A model generated the notes under the pieces. The model did no database searches. It was not told the origin of the DNA and was given only the letters and a program-made list of their open reading frames with translations. DNA of 64,000 nucleotides from Candidatus Binatia bacterium. Its GTDB lineage: Bacteria; Desulfobacterota; Binatia; Bin18. The stretch spans positions 160,001-224,000 of the forward strand of contig CAXXHG010000043.1 of assembly GCA_963666315.2 (NCBI GenBank), read 5' to 3'. Positions 50,711 to 59,997 of this stretch are shown piece after piece. The translations under genes were made by a program, and so were the position numbers. Position 1 is the first letter of the stretch. Each line of letters starts with the position of its first letter.

Positions 50711-51766
50711 CTACGCTTCCTTAGCCACTTTCTCAGCCGCTTTCTCCGTCTTTGGCTTTGTCTTTGGCGTGCCTAGGCCAAACTTCTCCCGGACTTGGCG
50801 TTCGATATTATTCGCGATCTCAGGCTGCTCTCGTAAATATTCCTTGGCGTTCTCTCGCCCTTGGCCGATCCGATCACCGGAAAACGAGTACCACGCGCCA
50901 GCTTTCTCAACAATGTTTTGATCCACACCGATATCGATCAGCTCACCTTCTTTGGACACGCCGTATCCATACATAATGTCGAACTCGGCCTCTTTAAACG
51001 GAGGAGCAACTTTGTTTTTGACTACTTTGACCCGGGTGTGATTCCCAATGATTTGATCGCCTTGTTTGACCGCGCCGATACGCCGGATGTCCATCCGTAC
51101 CGAAGCGTAGAATTTGAGCGCATTGCCTCCGCTTGTGGTCTCTGGGTTGCCGAACATGACTCCGATTTTCATCCGAATCTGATTGATAAAGATGACTAAA
51201 GTTTGTGAACGCGCGATCGTACTCACCAGTTTGCGCAACGCTTGGGACATGAGCCGGGCTTGCATTCCCATCTGGGGATCACCCATATCGCCTTCAAGTT
51301 CAGACCGCGGGACGAGGGCGGCAACAGAATCGATCACAATCACCTCCAGCGCTCCGCTCCGGACTAAAGTATCCGTGATTTCCATGGCTTGCTCACCGTG
51401 GTCGGGCTGAGAGACCAGCAGCTGAGCAGCTTTTACGCCAAGTCGGCTTGCGTAGCCTATGTCCATCGCGTGCTCAGCATCGATATAGGCGCACGAGCCG
51501 CCGCCTTTTTGCGCCTCAGCGACAACGTGCAAGGCTAGGGTTGTTTTTCCAGACGACTCAGGTCCATAGATTTCAACCACCCGTCCGCGCGGCAGGCCGC
51601 CAATGCCGAGCGCAAGGTCCAAGCCGAGCGAGCCGGTCGAAATCGTAGGAATGTCACGTTCGATGGCGTCCTCGTCCAGCCTCATGATCGCGCCCTTCCC
51701 AAACTGCTTTTCGATCTGACTGACAGCTAAACCCAGCGCTCGTTCACGATCTTTTTCTTCTACCAT
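50711..51766 (-). CDS. recA: Recombinase RecA
   Basis: [39 protein letters not shown]. Confidence 0.99.
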   Translation of the reverse strand: MVEEKDRERALGLAVSQIEKQFGKGAIMRLDEDAIERDIPTISTGSLGLDLALGIGGLPRGRVVEIYGPESSGKTTLALHVVAEAQKGGGSCAYIDAEHAMDIGYASRLGVKAAQLLVSQPDHGEQAMEITDTLVRSGALEVIVIDSVAALVPRSELEGDMGDPQMGMQARLMSQALRKLVSTIARSQTLVIFINQIRMKIGVMFGNPETTSGGNALKFYASVRMDIRRIGAVKQGDQIIGNHTRVKVVKNKVAPPFKEAEFDIMYGYGVSKEGELIDIGVDQNIVEKAGAWYSFSGDRIGQGRENAKEYLREQPEIANNIERQVREKFGLGTPKTKPKTEKAAEKVAKEA

Positions 51767-51800
51767 ACGCTTGCTCCTTACTTTTGTGGACGGGGGAATT

Positions 51801-52361
51801 TTACGCGACACTCAAGGCAACCGATCCCAATGGTGTGTAGACCGCTCCGCGGGGCTGGAGGTCGCTCTGATACAGGGTCAGGGTGTCAATAATACTCTCG
51901 CCAAAATCTTGCTGCAGGTGTTCTTGTATCTCTGCCAGCACTCGAGCCCAGCCGCGCTGAGACCGTAGCCGCCCGAGGGTGATATGGGGTCGAAACGCTC
52001 GACCGTCTGCGGGGAAGCCGAGTAGCGTCAGCGCCGACTCAATACGTTCACCAAGTTCGCTCAGTCCTTCTCCGCTCAGACGAGTCCACAAAACTCGTGG
52101 CCGCTTGAGAGTGGGAAACGCGCCTAGCCCGTACGTCCGAATTCGCAGTGCGGCTTGAGTCTTCACCGTTTCCTGTAAGACGTGCAGGATAGGCTCGATT
52201 TTGGCTTGATGCATATCGCCAAGAAACTTGAATGTCAGGTGCAAGCCCTCGGGTCGAACCCAACGAATATCGCCTTCCGCCTTTCGTAGAACAGATTGGA
52301 CTTTCGCTATTTCTTCGACTACCGATACGGCTAGATTAGCTGCGATAAAGGCCCGAATCAA
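51801..52361 (-). CDS. thpR: RNA 2',3'-cyclic phosphodiesterase (2H family)
   Basis: Two HxT motifs ([16 protein letters not shown]); located between cinA and recA. Confidence 0.93.
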   Translation of the reverse strand: MIRAFIAANLAVSVVEEIAKVQSVLRKAEGDIRWVRPEGLHLTFKFLGDMHQAKIEPILHVLQETVKTQAALRIRTYGLGAFPTLKRPRVLWTRLSGEGLSELGERIESALTLLGFPADGRAFRPHITLGRLRSQRGWARVLAEIQEHLQQDFGESIIDTLTLYQSDLQPRGAVYTPLGSVALSVA

Positions 52362-52379
52362 CAGGGGGTCTCCTCTTTT

Positions 52380-53663
52380 TTAGCGACGTATAAACCCTGA
52401 TTCTACAATAGGAATTTCTAATAGCGCACGACGCACCCAATCAAGAGAAAGTTGTGAAAGCAAGGTTTTAATCCATTCACGGTTGCCCCATAGCTTGTAC
52501 TGTCGAGAAACGAGCGTTCCATCCATAGAAAGGGCGAGGCAGGCGGTCCCAACCGGCTTGTCTGGCATTCCACCATCCGGTCCGGCGATCCCTGTTACGG
52601 CGACACCGATATCTGTCCCCAGGCACTTGCGGACCCCGTCTGCCATCTCTTTGACCGTCTCTTCACTGACGGCACCATGCTGACGCAGCGTTTCTTCACT
52701 GACATCAAGGATCTGGGATTTTGCACTGTCTGAATACGCAATGATCGTACCGAGAAAGTAGGCCGAACTCCCAGGGACGTTAGTCAGTCGATGGCTGACT
52801 AAACCGCCAGAACATGCCTCGGCAAAGCTAACGGTTTTGCCCTGCTCTTTAAGGAGTCGGCCCACCACCGCTTCCATAGTGACATCACCTTCCCCGTAGA
52901 CATACGCGCCGATTTTCTCACGTAGCCGCTGGGCCAACGTCTCTACCCGATCTTCGACCTCGTCCTCTTTGCCACGTACAGTCACGCGCATGGAGATCTG
53001 CGGGAAATTGGCCCGAAAGGCCAGTTTCCCTTCATCTTCGGCAATGACACCGGAGACCATCTCATCCAGCCCTGACTCACTAATGCCAAAGGTCTGAAAT
53101 GTCCGGGTCAGAAAGACTTCGCCACCGCCACGCATCTCGCCTAGCCACGCCAGAACGGTTTCTTGCATCATGGGTTTCATTTCGCGCGGCACACCAGGCA
53201 AGACGATGAGGTGTCGGCGGCCATGCGGCGTATCGAGATCGAGCCGATAGCCTGGCGCGGTACCAAGATGATTCGGAATGATAGTCGCGCCCTCTGGGAA
53301 CTGGGCCTGCTTGAGGTTGTTCTCCGGCATTGTACGGTTGAGCGACGCAAAGATTCGGCGGATATTCTGTGCGACTTCTTCCGAGAACGTCAGCCCCACC
53401 CCGGCGACTTTTGCCACGAGTTCAGTGGTCAGGTCGTCCGCCGTAGGGCCTATGCCACCGGTAGAAATAATCACATCCGCATGCATCATGGCCTGTTCCC
53501 AGGCCCAGAGAATACGCTCGGGAACATCACCCACCGTGATAATTGAAGTTACGTCCAGCCCGGCTTCAATGAGTTTGTCGGCAATATAGTTGGAGTTGGT
53601 ATCAGCAACTTTGCCGGTGGTGATTTCGTCGCCCGTACTCAGAATGGCAGCCCGTTCAATCAT
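52380..53663 (-). CDS. cinA: Competence/damage-inducible protein CinA (MoCF domain + PncC)
   Basis: GDEI..G...DTN, GGIGPTADDLT, GTAPG, LPGVPREM, GAVSE, TGIAGP.GG. Confidence 0.95.
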   Translation of the reverse strand: MIERAAILSTGDEITTGKVADTNSNYIADKLIEAGLDVTSIITVGDVPERILWAWEQAMMHADVIISTGGIGPTADDLTTELVAKVAGVGLTFSEEVAQNIRRIFASLNRTMPENNLKQAQFPEGATIIPNHLGTAPGYRLDLDTPHGRRHLIVLPGVPREMKPMMQETVLAWLGEMRGGGEVFLTRTFQTFGISESGLDEMVSGVIAEDEGKLAFRANFPQISMRVTVRGKEDEVEDRVETLAQRLREKIGAYVYGEGDVTMEAVVGRLLKEQGKTVSFAEACSGGLVSHRLTNVPGSSAYFLGTIIAYSDSAKSQILDVSEETLRQHGAVSEETVKEMADGVRKCLGTDIGVAVTGIAGPDGGMPDKPVGTACLALSMDGTLVSRQYKLWGNREWIKTLLSQLSLDWVRRALLEIPIVESGFIRR

Positions 53664-53847
53664 ACTAGCCCCCTCACGATCCGATTGGTTCCCGACTGGC
53701 AGCACAGGAGAGCGTACAAGAGTAGCGCCAGCAAGAGCTTGAGAGTATCAAACGGGCACAAGAGAAAAAAGGCGAGAGAACGACGAAGGAGAGGAACGAC
53801 AGAGCCTGGCTCAGCTCAGAATGGACTTTTTGGGCACCCTCTTAAGA

Positions 53848-55092
53848 CTACCCAAGGCTCTGTTCGAGTTCCGGTCTGAAATCCGGGTGGGCGATTTCGA
53901 TCAGCGCTTCGGCGCGGCTTCGCAGGTCTTTGCCCTTCATACGGGCCGCACCATATTCAGTCACAATATAATCCGTACAGAAACGGGGCGTTGTGACAAC
54001 TGCGCCGATGGCGAGGCTTGCGACGATTTTTGAGCGCTTGCCGTCTGCGGTTGCTGACGGTAGGGCAATGATGGAAACTCCGTCCTCAGCCAGGGCGGCC
54101 GCTTCAACGTAATCGAGGCTACCGCCTACCCCGCTGATTTGTACCGGCCCAATCGTCTCGCCATTGCTCTGGCCGTGGAGATCGATCTCTACTGCGGAAT
54201 TAATGGACACAAAGCGAGGAAGCTTTACCAGCTCCATAATATTATGGGTCACATCAACGGTTGCCATTTCAACCAGCGTACTCCGTGCACAGAAGTCAAA
54301 AAACTCCTGGTCACCAGCCAACTCGCCAGTCACGATCTTGGGCGTGTGCTTCACGTTCTCGATAAACTGGACGAGTCCCTGCGAGAGCATACCCGAGTAG
54401 AGATTCACGCCTCGTTTGTCAGCCAATCGACCAAGGACCGCGTCGGGCACAGAACCGATACCGAGCTGTACCCAGGCAAAATCGGGCACAAGGTCGAGCA
54501 CATAGTCAACAATCTTGGTGTCCCGTTCACTGGGGTGCGGAGTCCTATACGTGCCCAAAGGTTCAGCAGATTCAAGTGCCAGCTCAATCTTCTCAACCGG
54601 CACCCGGCTGTTGCCATGCGTAACCGGCATATTGGTGTTGATCTCGGCAATGACCATTTTGGCACTGTTAATAAAGTCCTGGTAAATGCTGACAGAAATA
54701 CCTAAGCTAACCGTTCCATCCTGATCCGGTGGAGAGACTTGCGCTACAACCACATCCGGCTTGATAATCCCGTCTTTGTTGATAATGCGCGTGATCTCGC
54801 TAAACCGCATGGGAGCGAAGCCGACCTTGCTCGGATCGTTTTCTTTGAACAGACGGCGAATCTGCGGGGCCGCTTGCCAAGTGACATAGCGAAAGTTCGT
54901 TCCCAGCCCCTTATTCAGAAACGGATACTTCCCGAACGCCAGTCCGGAGTACACACAGAGATTTTGAAATCGCTCGACCTCTTGCTGAAATGCCGTGTAA
55001 AACGCCGTAGGCTCGACACACCCATGGGGAAAAATCACAACGCTGCTGTCTGGGATAGCGCGAACGGCTTCTTGGGGTGAGACGATTTTCAT
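53848..55092 (-). CDS. Acetyl-CoA hydrolase / 4-hydroxybutyrate CoA-transferase family protein
   Basis: QVSPPD..G.VSLG, QLGIGSVPDAV, SINSAVEIDLHGQ, SGVGG, VTEYG, IAHPDFR. Confidence 0.9.
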   Translation of the reverse strand: MKIVSPQEAVRAIPDSSVVIFPHGCVEPTAFYTAFQQEVERFQNLCVYSGLAFGKYPFLNKGLGTNFRYVTWQAAPQIRRLFKENDPSKVGFAPMRFSEITRIINKDGIIKPDVVVAQVSPPDQDGTVSLGISVSIYQDFINSAKMVIAEINTNMPVTHGNSRVPVEKIELALESAEPLGTYRTPHPSERDTKIVDYVLDLVPDFAWVQLGIGSVPDAVLGRLADKRGVNLYSGMLSQGLVQFIENVKHTPKIVTGELAGDQEFFDFCARSTLVEMATVDVTHNIMELVKLPRFVSINSAVEIDLHGQSNGETIGPVQISGVGGSLDYVEAAALAEDGVSIIALPSATADGKRSKIVASLAIGAVVTTPRFCTDYIVTEYGAARMKGKDLRSRAEALIEIAHPDFRPELEQSLG

Positions 55093-55138
55093 ACAGTTCT
55101 CGGGTTCGGTTGGTCAGAGCCGGACACCCTGAGACGGC

Positions 55139-56170
55139 CTATATAACAGGCACCACTTCGTATTTGATTCCCTCTCCACGCTGCATCCGGTCAAAGGCTT
55201 GACGCAGATCGGTGAGTGGATATCGGCCACTGATGAGATGTTGGATTGGAATCTTGCCAGAAATCAGCATCTCGCAAGCTTGACGCACGGCGGCCGGGTT
55301 AAAGTGGAATGGACTCGACAAGCGAATTTGATCGTAGTGTAGCCGAGTCGCATCCAGTGAGACTTTGGTGCCTTGAGGACAACCGCCAAAGAGAATGACC
55401 TGCCCACCAGGACGGGCAAAGAACAGCGACTCTTCCCACACGCGGGGCTGGGCGGTGCACTCGATCACAAGATCAGCGCCTCGACCACCAGTCACCTCGA
55501 GGACCTGTTCGCGCGCCTCTTCAGCCGGACAAGCGATCACGCTATACGCCCCAAGCTCTCGGGCGACTTTGGCGCGGGCCGGAGTTTTAGCCACCATGTG
55601 CACCCGCTCCATGCCTAGCATCTTCAGGAGCATCAGGTGCAACAGTGCAAACCCGCCTGCACCAATAATTACCGCCGTATCATCCGGAGTAAATTTTACC
55701 TGCTGCAGTCCAAATACTACGCACGACACGGGTTCAAGCAGGGCCGCCTCAACAAAGGGTAGGCTCTTAGGCTTCTCAAACATATTCGTGCGTATAATAC
55801 GGCCAGGTAGACTGACGTATTCGGCATAACCACCAAACGCCATGGTCGACATGAGTGAGGTACACAGGTTTTCCTGCTCATGTTGGCAGTAAAAGCAAGT
55901 CCCACACGGACCGGTTGGGGCAAGCATGACCTCGTCACCCTCGCGAAAGTTTTTCACGTCGGCCCCACGTGCGGCAATCGTCCCAGAGTATTCATGGCCA
56001 AAGCGGGTTGGCGGTGGCATCTTGGGGTGGCCGCGCAAAAAAGCCTTGAGATCGGTGCCACACGTCAGGGCCGAACCAACCCTGAGAACAACCTCTTCGG
56101 GGCCCGGTTCAGGCACCGGTAATTCTTCACAGATCATCTGTCTTGGGCCGAGCAACATCACTGCCTGCAT
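55139..56170 (-). CDS. Zinc-dependent medium-chain dehydrogenase (sorbitol/threonine DH-like)
   Basis: CGTD, GHE, CGTCFYC...C structural Zn site, EP, GAGG. Confidence 0.9.
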   Translation of the reverse strand: MQAVMLLGPRQMICEELPVPEPGPEEVVLRVGSALTCGTDLKAFLRGHPKMPPPTRFGHEYSGTIAARGADVKNFREGDEVMLAPTGPCGTCFYCQHEQENLCTSLMSTMAFGGYAEYVSLPGRIIRTNMFEKPKSLPFVEAALLEPVSCVVFGLQQVKFTPDDTAVIIGAGGFALLHLMLLKMLGMERVHMVAKTPARAKVARELGAYSVIACPAEEAREQVLEVTGGRGADLVIECTAQPRVWEESLFFARPGGQVILFGGCPQGTKVSLDATRLHYDQIRLSSPFHFNPAAVRQACEMLISGKIPIQHLISGRYPLTDLRQAFDRMQRGEGIKYEVVPVI

Positions 56171-56201
56171 AGTCACAACTTCTCTCCCCTCGCCACTCGC
56201 C

Positions 56202-56768
56202 CTACCATAACAATGGGCGGACATGAAAATGATAATGATCCGGAATCTGCCGCATATTATGGTCGAACATCCATTTCGGAAATTTCCCGGTATACTTTTG
56301 TTCGGCAACCATATTCAGAGCGTCTTCCATAAAAGTAATCTCTTCCGGGTTGACGTCGACCCGGTGCTCGCCAAGGACCGCAATCGGCACTTCACACGAA
56401 TCACAGTCGAGAATGGTAAAACGGAAAGGAGCATGAAACTCGGCATACCATTGCGTATAGTGGGCCATCTCACACAAATCACAGATCCGACCAGTCGCCG
56501 TCTTTCCGGTCGGAGATGGTTGAGGGCCAAGAGGCTGGGGCCGAACTTTCCCACTATTTTGCTGTTCTGTCACAAACTCTAGGACCTTTTGCATATAGAC
56601 CCGCTCTTGCGGGCTGATATCACCGATCTTCGTTTCCACCACAACACCCGGTGCTGCACCGGCTTCTTGGTCAAGAATGGTAAACGTGAGCGGATAATGG
56701 AAGGTGACGAGCCGATTTCTTTCCCCTTGGGGGGCACCCTGTGAGAGCCACGCTGGGTGGTCAGCCAC
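56202..56768 (-). CDS. Hypothetical Zn-binding HIT-like protein with internal duplication
   Basis: CDLC, CDSC and C-terminal MRQIPDHYHFH (HxHxH). The N-terminal half repeats FH.P..FTILD without the Cys residues. Confidence 0.7.
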   Translation of the reverse strand: MADHPAWLSQGAPQGERNRLVTFHYPLTFTILDQEAGAAPGVVVETKIGDISPQERVYMQKVLEFVTEQQNSGKVRPQPLGPQPSPTGKTATGRICDLCEMAHYTQWYAEFHAPFRFTILDCDSCEVPIAVLGEHRVDVNPEEITFMEDALNMVAEQKYTGKFPKWMFDHNMRQIPDHYHFHVRPLLW

Positions 56769-56934
56769 CGTGTGTCCTTCCTGTGCGATTTTCAGTCACC
56801 TCAATAGCGCTCTTCAACGCTCTTCCTCATTGCGCGCTCGCCGATCCGATGGGCTATAATACGGGGCAAGCAAACGAATATCAACCTGACCGGGCGGTCA
56901 GCCCTGACTTTTTTGTGATGGGTAGGAGAATTCT

Positions 56935-58350
56935 ATGAGTATACAAAAATCTCGCTACTCTGCGGTAGAAGCCGTTGCCGACGTAGCAGATGGAGCGACC
57001 ATCTTGGTTGGAGGATTCGGCGTACTCCAGGGATGGCCCCATGAATTACTATTTGCCCTGCGAGATCAGGGAGTTAAGGGCCTTACGCTGATCTGTAATT
57101 CAGCTGGATTCGGACCGCTTTCTCCTCAAATTTTGTCAGAAAACGGCCAGATCAAGAAGTTAATCGCCTCATTTGGCGGCTACTCCTACCGCACAACCCC
57201 GTTGTCTGAGCAAATTGGACGGGGTGAAGTTGAGTTCGAAATGGTGCCGCAGGGGACATTAGTCGAGCGGATTCGAGCCGGCGGAGCGGGAATTCCCGCT
57301 TTTTTCACACCCACGGGTATTGGAACGGTGGTCGAAGAGGGGAAAGAAAAGCACGTCTTCAATGGCCGCGAGTACCTACGGGAAACAGCTCTGCGGGCCG
57401 ACTTTGCGCTGATTCGGGCCCATAAAGCCGATATCTCAGGCAACCTGGTCTACCGCCGGACAGCCCGGAATTTCAACCCACCGTTTGCCACCGCTGCTGA
57501 CGTTACCCTTGCTGAGGTCGATGAGATTGTCGAGCCTGACCAGCTCGATCCAGAAGCGATTGCCACGCCCGGCATCTTTGTTCAACGTCTTGTGCAGCGG
57601 GAAAAGCTCCTCGAACGCAAGACCATTCTTGAGCTCATGCGCAAACAAGGCAGAAGCGTAAAAGTAGCAGAAAGTGCAGCAGGGACGGCAAATGGCTTAA
57701 CCCCGGAACTCATGGCCCTACGGGCTGCACGTCTTTTAGAGCCCGGACAATACGTGAACCTTGGTATTGGTATGCCGACTTTGGTGGCGGACTTCGTCCC
57801 TGCCGATGTGACGCTGCACGCAGAGAACGGTCTTCTGGGTTACGGTCCATTGGCAGCTGCGGGTGAAGAAGATCAAGAAGATTTGGATCTGTATAACGCC
57901 AGCTCTCAGCTTGTGTCCTTACAGCCTGGGGCAAGTCTTTTTCATAGTGCAGATGCCTTTGCTATGGTTCGAGGAGGGCATGTGGATAGTGTCATACTGG
58001 GTGGATTTCAGGTCGCATCAAACGGCGATCTCGCCAACTGGAAAGCTCCGCATATGCCTGCGGGGTCAGTAGGCGGAGCCATGGACCTCGCAGCAGGAAC
58101 ACGGACGCTTATTGTCGTCATGAGTCACACCACCAAGAATGGCGAGTCAAAACTCCTCCCAACCTGTACCTACCCGCTCACCGCGCGTGCATGCGTCTCG
58201 TGGGTAGTTACGAATTTGGGGCTGATTCAAGTCACATCCCAGGGCTTTGTCTTGAAAGAACTCGCTCCAGGCGTCACGCTCGGTGAGGTACAGCAAGCCA
58301 CCGTTGCACCATTGCTCGTTGCGGAAGATCTGAAAGAGATGGAGTTTTGA
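56935..58350 (+). CDS. 3-oxoacid CoA-transferase, fused A+B subunits (SCOT/PcaIJ-like)
   Basis: DGATILVGGFG, PQGTLVERIRAGG, RNFNP (A subunit); YVNLGIGMPT, HAENG, GGAMDL, CTYPLT (B subunit). Confidence 0.94.
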   Translation: MSIQKSRYSAVEAVADVADGATILVGGFGVLQGWPHELLFALRDQGVKGLTLICNSAGFGPLSPQILSENGQIKKLIASFGGYSYRTTPLSEQIGRGEVEFEMVPQGTLVERIRAGGAGIPAFFTPTGIGTVVEEGKEKHVFNGREYLRETALRADFALIRAHKADISGNLVYRRTARNFNPPFATAADVTLAEVDEIVEPDQLDPEAIATPGIFVQRLVQREKLLERKTILELMRKQGRSVKVAESAAGTANGLTPELMALRAARLLEPGQYVNLGIGMPTLVADFVPADVTLHAENGLLGYGPLAAAGEEDQEDLDLYNASSQLVSLQPGASLFHSADAFAMVRGGHVDSVILGGFQVASNGDLANWKAPHMPAGSVGGAMDLAAGTRTLIVVMSHTTKNGESKLLPTCTYPLTARACVSWVVTNLGLIQVTSQGFVLKELAPGVTLGEVQQATVAPLLVAEDLKEMEF

Positions 58351-58529
58351 CATGACCGTATCTCAGGAACCATTTGACAAGCGTGCTTTCCGCTTAGGGA
58401 CGTTCCTCGGCGGGCTCGCCGAAAAAGGCAGCGGAGGAATTGCCTCGGACGATGCGGGAGTTAGCCGGAGCGTAAACGCGCAATGTCTGGAGACAGGGGG
58501 AACGAAGCCGGAGCGCAGCCCCCTGCCCT

Positions 58530-59019
58530 TCAGTGCCAGCTCTGTAACGGGTTTCCTTTTTCCGTCAACAACCTGTGATACTGCTCTTCCAGGAATCGCT
58601 TATGCTGCTCTTCGGCCTGACAGATCGCATGCAGGACGCGCCGTGCCAGCGGCTCTTCGATCTGTCGCTCCAGCGCATGATAATACCCGAGGGACTCCTG
58701 TTCTTTGGCAAGAGCCAGCTCAAAGAGCGTCTGCACAGGGTCGGCTACGTCATCATGCCGACAGGTCTCAAGCCATTGTCTCACCGTTTCTGTTTGGGGT
58801 GATTGGTCGTACTGTAGGAGACGATTCTTTGGTAACGCAGCCTGTAATTCTGGATCGTCCTCCCATTCAATCCATTCGACAAGGTCGTCGAAATGCTGTT
58901 CTTCTTCTCTGCCAAACTGCCGGGGTGGGAGCAACATCAGCCGCGAGTACATAAAAATCGATGGCTCGGAGCTCGTCCTTGAATGACTCGCTAAGGATCT
59001 TGTAGGCAAGGTCTTCCAT
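58530..59019 (-). pseudogene. Ferritin-like / rubrerythrin-family protein, frameshifted
   Basis: ATG at 59019 with a strong SD gives MEDLAYKILSESFKDELRAIDFY...; the EEEQH and EQES..YY...EEQH diiron motifs are in another frame after ~58915. Confidence 0.75.
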
Positions 59020-59177
59020 CTGTTGCCCCTTTCCTTCTTAGGTGCGCGCTCTCTCCGCGGCCCTTCATCATGTTACTGATGAAGGGCAAGTGCGGGACAG
59101 CCGGCCTCTCGCACCCTCTTCTCAGTCCGACGGCCTAACAGCAAATGAAACATTCCGGTGAAGTGGTTCCGAGCGCA

Positions 59178-59528
59178 TCAATGCCAGGCTTCTGCCAGTA
59201 CGGAATGGGTTTTCACCGCACCGCGTTGTTGGCGCGTGTAGTCTTGCAACTGGCGCGTGAGGGCATCAAAGGCGTCACGGATAGCGACTTTGAGATCCTG
59301 GTTTTCGTGATGATTCACCACAAGTTCCGAACCGGGAACGGTCAGATCAATCCGAACCTTATAGGATTTACTCTTCCAGTGGTGATGCGTTGGTGATTCA
59401 ACGACCACTCGGCAGCGCGTAATACGGCTATAAAAAGTGCCGAGCTTTTCTGCCTTCCCACGAATGGTTGTCGCCAGGCTTTTAGAAAGATGAAGATCGC
59501 GAGAAACGATTTGCACTGGAAGTTGCAT
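59178..59528 (-). CDS. hpf: HPF/RaiA family ribosome hibernation factor
   Basis: MQLPVQI..R, I..CRVVVE, VRIDLTVPG.ELVV, AIRDAFDA..RQL. Confidence 0.88.
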   Translation of the reverse strand: MQLPVQIVSRDLHLSKSLATTIRGKAEKLGTFYSRITRCRVVVESPTHHHWKSKSYKVRIDLTVPGSELVVNHHENQDLKVAIRDAFDALTRQLQDYTRQQRGAVKTHSVLAEAWH

Positions 59529-59729
59529 AGTCCTACTCCTCTAGGTGTTGATGTTCACAACGCACAGAAAAAGCTTTGGCCAGGATTGTCATACACAGCG
59601 GAGGGGCACGCGGCTGGTAAGAAAATCGACGGCTCGGAAAAGGCCGTACAATCTGAATATCGTATATCTTTCGGGCGCTTAGGGTGGCAATGAATGCCGG
59701 ACTCGGACAGTCTGGTTGAATGGGTGTAG

Positions 59730-59884
59730 GAAGTCGGAGCTTCCGAGCTGAGGGAGCGGACCAGCCGTTTTGCTCCTGAGCGCGCATGTGTAGCAGGTGG
59801 CCTCCCGTGCTGAGTGCCATGGAGACTGAGTGTCGTGGACGGCTTCGCCCTCGTCACAAGCCTTCCGCAAACGCTACCGACTTC
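59730..59884 (-). ncRNA. Candidate structured ncRNA (rod-like, possibly 6S-like)
   Basis: Nested complementary arms GAAGTCGG/CCGACTTC, GAGGG/CCCTC, AGCCGT/ACGGCT, CTCC/GGAG and AGCA/TGCT; preceded by TTGACT-N16-TAGGTA. Confidence 0.45.
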
Positions 59885-59997
59885 TACCTAACACTCTCCC
59901 TGTCGGAGTCAAGAGCTAAATTTTAATTTTAGTTTTTCTAATACATGTTTCCACGATATTTCAGTGAGATTTCACGCTCTAAAGCCTACAGCGAGGA

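Noticed and set aside
50208-53663. cinA-thpR-recA-recX-alaS as a novel RNA/DNA repair system
   Set aside because: This is a widely conserved, already known gene order; no LexA box could be recognised.
59533-59870. Short ORFs upstream of hpf (59533-59820, 59555-59857, 59679-59870) and 58352-58954
   Set aside because: No SD or motifs; the regions are better explained by RNA structure or by the antisense ferritin-like gene.
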